A stretch of DNA of 41,500 nt from Minisyncoccota bacterium (GTDB taxonomy: Bacteria; Patescibacteriota; Minisyncoccia; Phycocordibacterales; Phycocordibacteraceae), in NCBI GenBank assembly GCA_035438505.1, contig DAORIM010000003.1, positions 1 through 41,500 of the forward strand, given 5' to 3'. How positions within the stretch are numbered: the stretch's first letter is position 1; each line of letters begins with the position of its first letter. Shown here in pieces: positions 8,010-16,157 of this stretch. Position numbers and translations under genes: made by a program. Below the pieces are notes generated by a model. That model saw only the letters and a list, made by a program, of their open reading frames with translations. It had not been told where the DNA came from and ran no database searches.

Positions 8010-8813
8010 CTACTTTTTATTCTTCTGGTGGAGCGCAAGTAGCTTCTTTCCCGCAGCCTCTCTATACGCGCAGTACTCGCAGGTTTCGCCTGATGCGGGA
8101 ATTGCTTCGCTCTCAAGCACCTCTTTGATCTTCGGAAGCACCGCATCAATCCAATCCGTCTCTCCTTCGCACGGAACCACCGTTACTTCAAATTCAAGCT
8201 TCCCGTCAAAAGCTTCGTTGTCTGCGCTCGCATTGGCGTACACAAAGTACCCTGTTGGCGAGACGGTAAAGCCGTTCTTTCGCAGTAGCCACTGATACAC
8301 GCCCATCTGCCGGCGATACTGCTCGTTCCAGCTCGAATCGTCGAGCGTCTTTATAGTTCCAGGCTTTGAAGTAGCCTTGTAATCAACAACAATCAACTCG
8401 CCTTCCGGATTCACCCAGACGTCGTCAACCGCTCCTGAGATCGTGAAGCCAGTTTCCTTGTCCTTATACTCAACGCCCTCAAAGTTCTCCCGCCAGGTAT
8501 CCATGGACTTGTGCTGGTACGGTACGGCATTAATCCCGTACTCGGTCATGAGCGGGTGCGCAGAAGCGTTTGCGCGGTGCACATCAAACTCCTTTTTAAA
8601 TAGCTGGTCTACCGCCTTATTAAGCGTAAACTCGGGGTATTTGGGACGTGCAGTCCCAAGCTTGTTGTCTACATAAAAACAGCGCGGACATTCCACGAAA
8701 TACTCAATCTTGGAGCGGGACAGACGCCACTTCTTTCCGCCATAGTTCCAGTCGCTATTCCTGTTTGGGTTGTATCGCTTGTAGTCAGCCATGCTTATGA
8801 AATATTTGCGCAC
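8010..8813 (-). CDS. PD-(D/E)XK nuclease family protein with 4 Cys (Cas4/RecB-exonuclease-like)
   Basis: CPRC near the N-terminus and CEYC near the C-terminus. Core GAVDDVWVNPEGELIVVDYK (D...D/ExK). Confidence 0.6.
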   Translation of the reverse strand: MRKYFISMADYKRYNPNRNSDWNYGGKKWRLSRSKIEYFVECPRCFYVDNKLGTARPKYPEFTLNKAVDQLFKKEFDVHRANASAHPLMTEYGINAVPYQHKSMDTWRENFEGVEYKDKETGFTISGAVDDVWVNPEGELIVVDYKATSKPGTIKTLDDSSWNEQYRRQMGVYQWLLRKNGFTVSPTGYFVYANASADNEAFDGKLEFEVTVVPCEGETDWIDAVLPKIKEVLESEAIPASGETCEYCAYREAAGKKLLALHQKNKK

Positions 8814-9628
8814 AGCGTATTCGTTTCAGCGACAACCGTGCCGATGCGCTCAGGCGTAAGCCCAATACTGCGCAGAAGGTCGCGATGCTCGCGAATCTGC
8901 TGGCAGGTTACGATTCCCTGATCAATGAGAAGACGCTTCTCTGCCTTGCGGAGCGTCGTAAGCGCAGTAACCGGATAAAGTCCGGACGCTACGATGCGGT
9001 CGTACAAACTACTGCCGTGCGGATAACTCCAGCCAAGAAGCTGCATTCCGGAACACGTCGCGTAGTCTATCGCCTGCTTCGTGAATTTGGTGTTCGTAAT
9101 CAAGAACCCAACATCAACAGGGCAGGTCTTCTTGCTCGGGTCGCACTGCCAAATATCGTCAAATCGCGCCTTAACATAGAGCGCTACTTTTACATCTGTC
9201 TTGTATCCCGGACTGTTGTGATACTTAAGCTCGGCAACCAAGTGCTCGTTATTGCGCTTTGCGTACACATCCACTTCGTGCGGAACGCACTTTCCCGGAA
9301 TAACCTGTCGTCCCTCAACCGTCCAGCCCTCCTTCTTAAACAGTTCCGCTATAAAGTCCTCAAACGGGTGTCCCGTAGGTCCAAGGTCAAAGAGTGCCCG
9401 GCGCAGGCTGTAGCGTGCTGCTGCTGGCCGAGCATCGAGGCGAAGCATTTGAAAGGCACGGCGATAGATCTCAGAACTCTCTGCAAGAGGACCCATTGAT
9501 GCCTCAATGGTGTGCCGGATGCGCTCAGCAGTCTTGTCAGTTGCTCCGGCGCGTCGCAAGGACGTTTCTAGCTTTATGCCGTCGAATACTTCTACGGTTC
9601 CGTCTGCTTTGATGATTTCAGGCTTCAT
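8795..9628 (-). CDS. ATP-cone domain fused to Mrr-type restriction-endonuclease-like domain
   Basis: N-terminus IIKADGTVEVFDGIKLETSLRRAGATDKTAERIRHTIE (ATP-cone-like). Then FEDFIAELFKKEGW...HEVDVYA...VAELKYH (PD-(D/E)xK, Mrr_cat-like). Overlaps the next gene by 19 nt. Confidence 0.6.
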   Translation of the reverse strand: MKPEIIKADGTVEVFDGIKLETSLRRAGATDKTAERIRHTIEASMGPLAESSEIYRRAFQMLRLDARPAAARYSLRRALFDLGPTGHPFEDFIAELFKKEGWTVEGRQVIPGKCVPHEVDVYAKRNNEHLVAELKYHNSPGYKTDVKVALYVKARFDDIWQCDPSKKTCPVDVGFLITNTKFTKQAIDYATCSGMQLLGWSYPHGSSLYDRIVASGLYPVTALTTLRKAEKRLLIDQGIVTCQQIREHRDLLRSIGLTPERIGTVVAETNTLCANIS

Positions 9629-9637
9629 GCGTGTCGT

Positions 9638-10654
9638 TTACGCAATGATACCACCTCCAATAACCGTGTTGTCCTTGTAGAGAACGAGGGACTGACCCAA
9701 GGCAATTGGCTCAGGAAGGGAACCGAGCGGGGTAAACACATTCGTATACTCGCCTTCCAGTATTGGCCCATGGTAGCGAAACTGCGCTTGTACGGTGCCC
9801 TCTGGCTTCATAAACCAGTTCTGCTCCCTCAGTGTTAGCGAATGTGTCTTCGTAACACGTTCCTTCGATACAAAGAGCTCGTTCTTCTCCATATCTTTCC
9901 CTACGACGTACCAGGGCCCCGGTATCGCGTCCTCAAGCGCTACCCTGCTGCCGAGCGTATGGAAGAGTGAGCCGGTATGCGTTCCAACGATGTTCCCTTC
10001 CGCATCCTTAGCGCTTCCACGCTCCTGCTCTCCAAACTCGCTTCGCAAAAAGTCCTCAACCGAAATGCTTCCCAAAAAGCAGATGCCCTGGCTATCCTTC
10101 TTCTGCGCATTCGGAAGACCGTATTTACCAGCAAGACGCCTTGTTTCGTCTTTCCGTTTGTCTCCAAGGGGCATAAGCGTTAGGTCGAGCGCTTCCTTAG
10201 GAACGGCCCAGAGGAAGTAGCTTTGATCCTTCGCTGGATCAATTCCGCGCATGAGCATGCCGTTCTCAACGCGTGCATAGTGTCCTGTTGCCATATAGTC
10301 CGCGCCTTTTTCCTTCGCGAATCTGTAGAAGGCACCGAACTTAACCTCACGATTGCACATAATATCCGGGTTTGGTGTGCGGCCAGCCTTATATTCAGCG
10401 AGAAGATAGTCTATGACGCCTTGCTTGTATTCAAGAGACGCGTCGAGCGTATGAAAAGGAATCTGCAGGTGCGCAGCTACGCGCATTGCGTCTCGACGAT
10501 CCTCAGCCCAGGTGCACGGCATTCCAGGCGGGTACCAGCCCTTTATAAAGACGCCAATAACTGTCGCGCCTTGCTCCTGGAGCAAGGCTGCTGTTACCCC
10601 CGAGTCAACGCCTCCTGAGAGGCCTACGAATACGCGCTTTCCCTTGAGATTCAT
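9638..10654 (-). CDS. mnmA: tRNA 2-thiouridine(34) synthase
   Basis: PP-loop VGLSGGVDSGV and overall MnmA-like sequence; 338 aa. Confidence 0.9.
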   Translation of the reverse strand: MNLKGKRVFVGLSGGVDSGVTAALLQEQGATVIGVFIKGWYPPGMPCTWAEDRRDAMRVAAHLQIPFHTLDASLEYKQGVIDYLLAEYKAGRTPNPDIMCNREVKFGAFYRFAKEKGADYMATGHYARVENGMLMRGIDPAKDQSYFLWAVPKEALDLTLMPLGDKRKDETRRLAGKYGLPNAQKKDSQGICFLGSISVEDFLRSEFGEQERGSAKDAEGNIVGTHTGSLFHTLGSRVALEDAIPGPWYVVGKDMEKNELFVSKERVTKTHSLTLREQNWFMKPEGTVQAQFRYHGPILEGEYTNVFTPLGSLPEPIALGQSLVLYKDNTVIGGGIIA

Positions 10655-10660
10655 AGTGAA

Positions 10661-10669
10661 GATATAGCA
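10661..10669 (-). promoter_or_regulatory. extended -10 box TGCTATATC, 6 nt upstream of mnmA ATG
   Basis: Minus strand TGCTATATC TTCACT ATG. Confidence 0.4.
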
Positions 10670-10687
10670 CGTTCTTCAGCAAACGAA

Positions 10688-12064
10688 CTATGTAGGAAGA
10701 TTGCTTGGCGCCTCGCTTGTCGTGGACTGGATGCGTGGAAGGCTCGGCGTCGTGATAGAGCTCGATGGGATGTGATAAAGGGTCGCAAGCTCTTCAATAC
10801 TCATCACGTTGTAATCGCCCACGTACGGCGGATGGAAGAACGCGCGCATACGATAGAAATGGAGCACGTCATGATTCATGTGCGCCGTGTGGTGTCCGTG
10901 GCGATCCTCCCACGGATAATCGTTGTAGTGGTTAGACCAGCGGCCGTCAGCAGGCATCAGTGAGTTCGCGTTCTCCGAGTTAAACGGCTTAAAGAGGTTC
11001 GCAACAACACCACCCATAGTTCCCTGTGCTGCGTCCTTGGGCGCCAGATAGATAGCGCGAATACCCACGTCGTACGCTTGCTTCCCGGTATTCTTTTCAA
11101 TAGCTTCAATACGCCCAGACATAGCGCGCGTAGGGTTCGGATACGAGACGGTCGTGCGCTTTACGCCGGTAGAATCGACGTACTCGCTTTCCACCTTATC
11201 TTCTTCGCGAAGCTCGGTAATAACATCCTTCGCCCGCTTCTTCCATTCAGCAGGCTTTGCGTCCCACGGCTTTCCCTGGTGCACGCGTACCACATACTGA
11301 AGCCATAACTGCTCCTTAGGGCCTAGAGATCCCATAATCTCAAGCATCTGCGCCAAAGGATCAATCTGCTCCTCGGGCTTCTGTACTTTGTCGAGTCCGT
11401 AATCAACGTACGTTTTCAAAGGATATGGATCATCCTTAACTTTACGGAACTCAAACGCCGTCATGGTGTACGGAGCATGGGACGGATCAACGAGCCGGCT
11501 ATAATCTGATGCTTCGATTATTTCTACACCCGGGTACTGAGCATACATATAGCTTTCCAGCGCACGGCGCCATCCGCTGCGAAGCCAGACGAAATAGTGG
11601 ACGCGGCCGCCTATAGACGCCATTTCGTAGGAATACCAGGGTCGTGCGCGTCCCTGAAGAATGCGCTTGTACCACGTGTTCTCGCCTCCGCCGATGTGCA
11701 TACTCGAAAACACTGTCTCCATAGCAAGCGGCGTACGGCGCGTATCGCGCGGCAACTTAATTTCAAGCAGAATAGTGTCCTGCTTGATAATCCAGGCGAC
11801 CTTATTGGCGTCAATGAAGCGACGCAGCGCAAAGTTAAAGAGCACAACGGGAATCCAAAGCGGCGACAGGAACAGGAGGAACTGGAAGTTCGTTATAGTC
11901 TGCGTAGGCGCAATGAAAAGAAAGGCGATAATCTCTGCTGCAAACGCAATAAGGAGCGGATTAAGTTCGATAGAACTTCCGCCGTCCGAGTGCGCTTTGT
12001 GCATCCAGTCCTGGATTGCCGAAAGTCCTGGAAGTCCGCCTCCGCCGTGTCCGCCTGATGACAT
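10688..12064 (-). CDS. membrane-anchored protein of unknown function
   Basis: 458 aa. Gly-rich N-terminus and 2-3 TM segments (aa about 35-85), then about 370 aa soluble domain with no motif I recognise. Confidence 0.65.
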   Translation of the reverse strand: MSSGGHGGGGLPGLSAIQDWMHKAHSDGGSSIELNPLLIAFAAEIIAFLFIAPTQTITNFQFLLFLSPLWIPVVLFNFALRRFIDANKVAWIIKQDTILLEIKLPRDTRRTPLAMETVFSSMHIGGGENTWYKRILQGRARPWYSYEMASIGGRVHYFVWLRSGWRRALESYMYAQYPGVEIIEASDYSRLVDPSHAPYTMTAFEFRKVKDDPYPLKTYVDYGLDKVQKPEEQIDPLAQMLEIMGSLGPKEQLWLQYVVRVHQGKPWDAKPAEWKKRAKDVITELREEDKVESEYVDSTGVKRTTVSYPNPTRAMSGRIEAIEKNTGKQAYDVGIRAIYLAPKDAAQGTMGGVVANLFKPFNSENANSLMPADGRWSNHYNDYPWEDRHGHHTAHMNHDVLHFYRMRAFFHPPYVGDYNVMSIEELATLYHIPSSSITTPSLPRIQSTTSEAPSNLPT

Positions 12065-12070
12065 GTGCTA

Positions 12071-12076
12071 AGTATA
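12071..12076 (-). promoter_or_regulatory. -10 box TATACT, 6 nt upstream of ATG 12064
   Basis: Minus strand TATACT TAGCAC ATG. Confidence 0.35.
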
Positions 12077-12089
12077 CTCGACGTATGAA

Positions 12090-12117
12090 GAATGCCCCGG
12101 AGTTATCCGGGGCATTC
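12090..12117 (-). terminator. hairpin terminator after 12130..13236
   Basis: GAATGCCCCGG-6 nt-CCGGGGCATTC (11 bp); weak U tract on the minus strand. Confidence 0.5.
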
Positions 12118-12129
12118 TCTGTGTATTCG

Positions 12130-13236
12130 TTAGGCGATGGTGTAGGTGCCGTCCTTCTGTCGCTTGAAGTGGCGCGTGTCGCCGAGGTTAACGAGAATGG
12201 TGTTGTCCTTCACGTAGCGGACCTTCTTTACCTCTTCGATAATCTTGTCGCGCGTAAGGGGTCCGTTCTTTTCAAGAACTTCCCGCACAACATCGCGTAC
12301 GACGCCTGGGTGGTATCCCCACTCAGCAAGCGCGTAGAGGCCGCGGCCTACGAGCACGAAGCGGGAATCCTTGATGAGCTCGTTATGCGTCGTTGCAACA
12401 TGCGCCTTTTTGTTGAAGACCTCAACAATAGAGGTGGCAACGTCAGCAAAGTGCATAGGCTCGCCCTTCTGCTTGATCACGAGGTACGCGTAGTCGCGAA
12501 TGCCCTTTGTGCGGATTGCAGGAGCATGTGCGCGTCCCCACTCAGAAAGAGGGTTCGAGTTAATAGTCTTAGAAATCGTGAGCCAGCGCTTCAGAACCTC
12601 TTCGTTCTGGTATGCAGCATTCACGCCCTTCAGCTCGTCGAGGAAGCGGTTAACGATATCTCCTTCAGAGAGAACCTCGATATCGTCGAGTGTTTCGTAT
12701 AGGCGAGAAAGCGCGGAGTGCACAGCCTCTGCAGTCTTATGATCTACGTGCCAGCGTGCATAAAAGTCGTCGGTCTCCCGCTCGCGGAAGAAGGCGCTGC
12801 CAACAACAAGAAGGAAGCGGAAGCGATTCTTTGCCTTTTCGTCAGCAGCAAGTCCTGCAAGAAGGATATCTTCAGGAACAATGGCGCCAAGCAAGTGAAT
12901 GTGCGCAGCAAGCTCGTCAAACGCGTCCTGGGAGTCCTTGAATGCCTTTCCATTACGGATAGCTTCAATACCGGCAGCCTCAATCTGGCGTACGCGCTCA
13001 CGCGTGATGCTCCAGCGCTCGCCGATTGCCTCAAGAGTCTCGCGACGGCTAGCCGTACCGAGTCCAAAACGGAGTACGAGCACCTCGCGGGCGCGCTCAG
13101 GAACCTCCGCAAGGAGGCGCTTAACGAGCGCTGTGGAGTCGAACGAGATGGAAGCGGTTGGCTTTAGCGCCTTTGCTTTCTTTGCAGCTACTGCCTTTTT
13201 AGGGCTCGCAACCGTCTTTTTCGCTGATTTCGCCAT
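12130..13236 (-). CDS. DNA-binding protein with sigma-70 region-4-like HTH and C-terminal HARE-HTH-like domain
   Basis: Lys/Ala-rich N-tail. VLVLRFGLG...ETLEAIGERWSITRERVRQIEAAGIEAIR (sigma r4-like). C-terminus MHFADVATSIVE...LIKDSRFVLVGRGLYALAEWGY (HARE-HTH-like). Confidence 0.6.
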   Translation of the reverse strand: MAKSAKKTVASPKKAVAAKKAKALKPTASISFDSTALVKRLLAEVPERAREVLVLRFGLGTASRRETLEAIGERWSITRERVRQIEAAGIEAIRNGKAFKDSQDAFDELAAHIHLLGAIVPEDILLAGLAADEKAKNRFRFLLVVGSAFFRERETDDFYARWHVDHKTAEAVHSALSRLYETLDDIEVLSEGDIVNRFLDELKGVNAAYQNEEVLKRWLTISKTINSNPLSEWGRAHAPAIRTKGIRDYAYLVIKQKGEPMHFADVATSIVEVFNKKAHVATTHNELIKDSRFVLVGRGLYALAEWGYHPGVVRDVVREVLEKNGPLTRDKIIEEVKKVRYVKDNTILVNLGDTRHFKRQKDGTYTIA

Positions 13237-13253
13237 ATAAGTAGTGTGGTATT

Positions 13254-13282
13254 CTTATACCAGATTGAGGTTTATACGTCAA
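13254..13282 (-). promoter_or_regulatory. sigma-70-type promoter TTGACG-N17-TATAAG (with TGG extension)
   Basis: Minus strand TTGACG tataaacctcaatctgg TATAAG, 17 nt before ATG 13236. Confidence 0.5.
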
Positions 13283-13283
13283 A

Positions 13284-16157
13284 TTACCTTATAACCAGGT
13301 TGAGGATACGGCCAGGTACATACACGGTTTTCTGGATTGTACCGGTCTCAAGCGCGTCTTGCACAGGCTTGAGCTCCTTGGCCTTATTCAGCGCTTCTTC
13401 ATCTGAATCTTCATGAAGAAGCTGCAGCTCCGCCCTCTTTTTTCCATTGATCTGCACGATAACGAGCACGGTATCCTCGCGCACCGCTTCGCGCTCTGGC
13501 CACGAAGCCTGATGCACTGACCCTTCAGCCCCGATCTGCTCCCAAAGCTTCTCTGCAAGATGCGGCGCGTACGGCGCAAGCAGCTGCAGAAGCTCCGTAT
13601 ACGCTTCATGCGACACCGCAGGGAGTGCTTCGAGATCGCGCACGAGCACCATGAGCGCTGAAAGCGCTGTATTGAACTTAAAGCGCTCCGTATCCTCCGT
13701 TACTTTCCCTCCAGCCTTTGCGAGCGAGCGCGCTTCGTCCTCCGATACCTCGCCAGCAACAACTTTGTCTCGCAGCGTATAGACACGATCGAGGAATTTG
13801 CGCATAGCAAACACGCCGTCAAGATTCCACGGATACGTGCCCGGCTCGTTATATGGACCAATGAAGGCGAGGTACATGCGCACGGCGTCCGCGCCGTACT
13901 CCTTCACAACCGCATCCGGATTCACTACGTTCCCCTTAGACTTCGACATCTTTGCGCCATCAGGACCCAGAATAAGGCCGCGATTGAAGCGCTCTATAAA
14001 CGGCTCGGACGTTGGCGCGAGCGCCAAGTCATACAGCGCCTTATAGAAGAAGCGCGCATACAGAAGATGCATGGTGGTGTGCTCGCTTCCGCCTGAGTAG
14101 CGGTTAACAGGAAGCCAGCGTTTGAGCATAGTCTGGTCAGTGAAGTCGTGATCGTCCTTAGAGTCCAAGTAGCGCATGAAATACCACGACGAATCCACGA
14201 AGGTATCGAGCGTATCGTACTCAGGAGTCCATCCTTCGCCGAAGATGCGCGTTACCCGCTCCTTAAGCTCAGTAGAGGTCGCAAGCGGCGACTTGTCTGA
14301 AGGAGAGAAATCGACATCCGTTGGGAGTAGCCACGGAAGATGTTCTGCGGGAATAGGATGCGGCATCCCTTCAGGGTCATAGACCACAGGAATAGGACAG
14401 CCCCAATACCGCTGACGTGATACCAGCCAATCGCGCAGACGGTAATTAGTTACCGGCTCCCCGCCGACAAATGCGACGATCTCCTGTATTGCTTCGCGGT
14501 TATTGCGGCCGTCGAACTCTCCTGAATTCCTGAGCAAGCCGTCTCCGGCGTAGGCGCCTGGGCGCATAAAGCGCGCGAGCGTATAGAGGTGCTGGTCGTC
14601 ATGAATGTCTCGCTGCGCGTCCTCAACCGAGACCCATTCAACCGTAAACTTGCCCTTCTCATTCTCCTCAAGCTCAGGCTCCTTCTGCGCGTCGCTTGTA
14701 AGACGGAAATGCAGGAGCGTTGTGTGTGCGAGCGTTGCCTGATTCTTTGAGAACGCGAAGTATCCGTGATGCACCATCTCATCTGCGCGCTCAACGAGCT
14801 CTATGTCAGTGTATCCAGTTTCCTCTGTTATCTCACGCGCAGCAGTAACGGCAGGATCTTCGTCCTCTTCAACCGTTCCTCCTACAAGCAGACGTCCACC
14901 GAGCTCAGGCTTCCAGTGTATGGTGAGCACTTTCCCTTCGTACTCCACCACGGCAACTATCTTTCCCTTGTGCGCAGGATTCTCCTGCTCTTCGCCGGTT
15001 ACCGGATCAATTACATACGTAACAGGGAGGTCCATCATCTTTGCGAACGCGAAGTCGCGCTCGTCATGCGCAGGTACGGCCATAACGGCTCCTGTGCCGT
15101 AGGATGCGAGCACGTAGTCTGCGATAAATACGGGAATCTCCTGCTTGGTTGCAGGATTTATCGCCATAACGCCCTCAAGGCGTACACCGGTCTTTGTCTT
15201 GTTCTCAAGACGCTCACGCTCGCTTTTCTTTGCAGTAGCTTCTACGTACTTAGCTACTTCGCTCTTATTCTCAACCACGTCGTCGTTATCAGTGTCCCAA
15301 ATGGCACGCACCCACGGATGCTCTGGCGCGAGTACAAGATAGGTAGCGCCGAATATGGTATCCGGACGTGTTGTAAACACTTCTATGCGTGCAGGATTTC
15401 CCTCCTGATCCTCCCAATCATTGTGCTCTGGATGCTTTACAAAAGAGAGTGAGAAGGGGATTTTTGCGCCCTCGGACTTTCCTATCCACGCCCGCTGCGA
15501 TTCTTTTATCTCTTCGCGCCATGGGAGCGGATCGAGGTCAGCGAGCAGGCGGTCCGCATACTTGGTAATGCCCATAAACCACTGTGTGAGCTTCTTCTCC
15601 TCAACCTCTGTGCCGCAGCGCTCGCATGCGCCGTCAACAACCTGCTCGTTTGCGAGCACCGTTTGATCCTTCGGACACCATTTAACAGCAGCTTCCTTGC
15701 GGTATGCAAGCCCATGATCATAGAGCTTGGTGAAGAGCCACTGCGTCCACTTGTAGTACTCAGGGCTTGAAGTAACAACTTCCTTGCTCCAATCAACTGA
15801 GGTTCCCATAGAGCGCACCTGCTCGCGCATCGTCTCCATGTTCTGCAGCGTCCAGGCTGCAGGATCTTTTCCGTACTTAATAGCAGCATTCTCTGCAGGA
15901 AGCCCAAAGGAATCGAATCCCATAGGAAACAGCACGTTCTTCCCCTGCATGCGCTTCAAGCGTGCAAAGATGTCGGTAAGCGCGAACGCATACCAGTGGC
16001 CTATGTGGAGATCTCCAGAGGGATACGGGAATTCAAACAGCAGGTAGTACGGATCCTTGTTCTCGTCCGCAAGATCAACTTCGTATAAGTTGAGGCTCGC
16101 CCATTTCGCCTGGGCTTCGTGCTCTATCGCTGCGTGATCAAAGCGTTCCTTGGCCAT
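13284..16157 (-). CDS. leuS: leucine--tRNA ligase carrying an internal Nudix-domain insertion
   Basis: HIGH (aa 51-54), CP1 editing motifs TTRPDT and GTGAVMAVPAHDERD, YRLRDWLVSRQRYWG, KMSKS. 957 aa. Confidence 0.93.
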   Translation of the reverse strand: MAKERFDHAAIEHEAQAKWASLNLYEVDLADENKDPYYLLFEFPYPSGDLHIGHWYAFALTDIFARLKRMQGKNVLFPMGFDSFGLPAENAAIKYGKDPAAWTLQNMETMREQVRSMGTSVDWSKEVVTSSPEYYKWTQWLFTKLYDHGLAYRKEAAVKWCPKDQTVLANEQVVDGACERCGTEVEEKKLTQWFMGITKYADRLLADLDPLPWREEIKESQRAWIGKSEGAKIPFSLSFVKHPEHNDWEDQEGNPARIEVFTTRPDTIFGATYLVLAPEHPWVRAIWDTDNDDVVENKSEVAKYVEATAKKSERERLENKTKTGVRLEGVMAINPATKQEIPVFIADYVLASYGTGAVMAVPAHDERDFAFAKMMDLPVTYVIDPVTGEEQENPAHKGKIVAVVEYEGKVLTIHWKPELGGRLLVGGTVEEDEDPAVTAAREITEETGYTDIELVERADEMVHHGYFAFSKNQATLAHTTLLHFRLTSDAQKEPELEENEKGKFTVEWVSVEDAQRDIHDDQHLYTLARFMRPGAYAGDGLLRNSGEFDGRNNREAIQEIVAFVGGEPVTNYRLRDWLVSRQRYWGCPIPVVYDPEGMPHPIPAEHLPWLLPTDVDFSPSDKSPLATSTELKERVTRIFGEGWTPEYDTLDTFVDSSWYFMRYLDSKDDHDFTDQTMLKRWLPVNRYSGGSEHTTMHLLYARFFYKALYDLALAPTSEPFIERFNRGLILGPDGAKMSKSKGNVVNPDAVVKEYGADAVRMYLAFIGPYNEPGTYPWNLDGVFAMRKFLDRVYTLRDKVVAGEVSEDEARSLAKAGGKVTEDTERFKFNTALSALMVLVRDLEALPAVSHEAYTELLQLLAPYAPHLAEKLWEQIGAEGSVHQASWPEREAVREDTVLVIVQINGKKRAELQLLHEDSDEEALNKAKELKPVQDALETGTIQKTVYVPGRILNLVIR
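14562..14975 (-). other. Nudix hydrolase domain inserted within LeuRS (aa about 395-532)
   Basis: Complete Nudix box GTVEEDEDPAVTAAREITEETGY within 14811..14882. The insert lies between AHDERDFAFAKMMDLPVTYVI and LLRNSGEFDG, a spacing of about 20 aa in E. coli LeuRS as I recall it. Confidence 0.75.
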
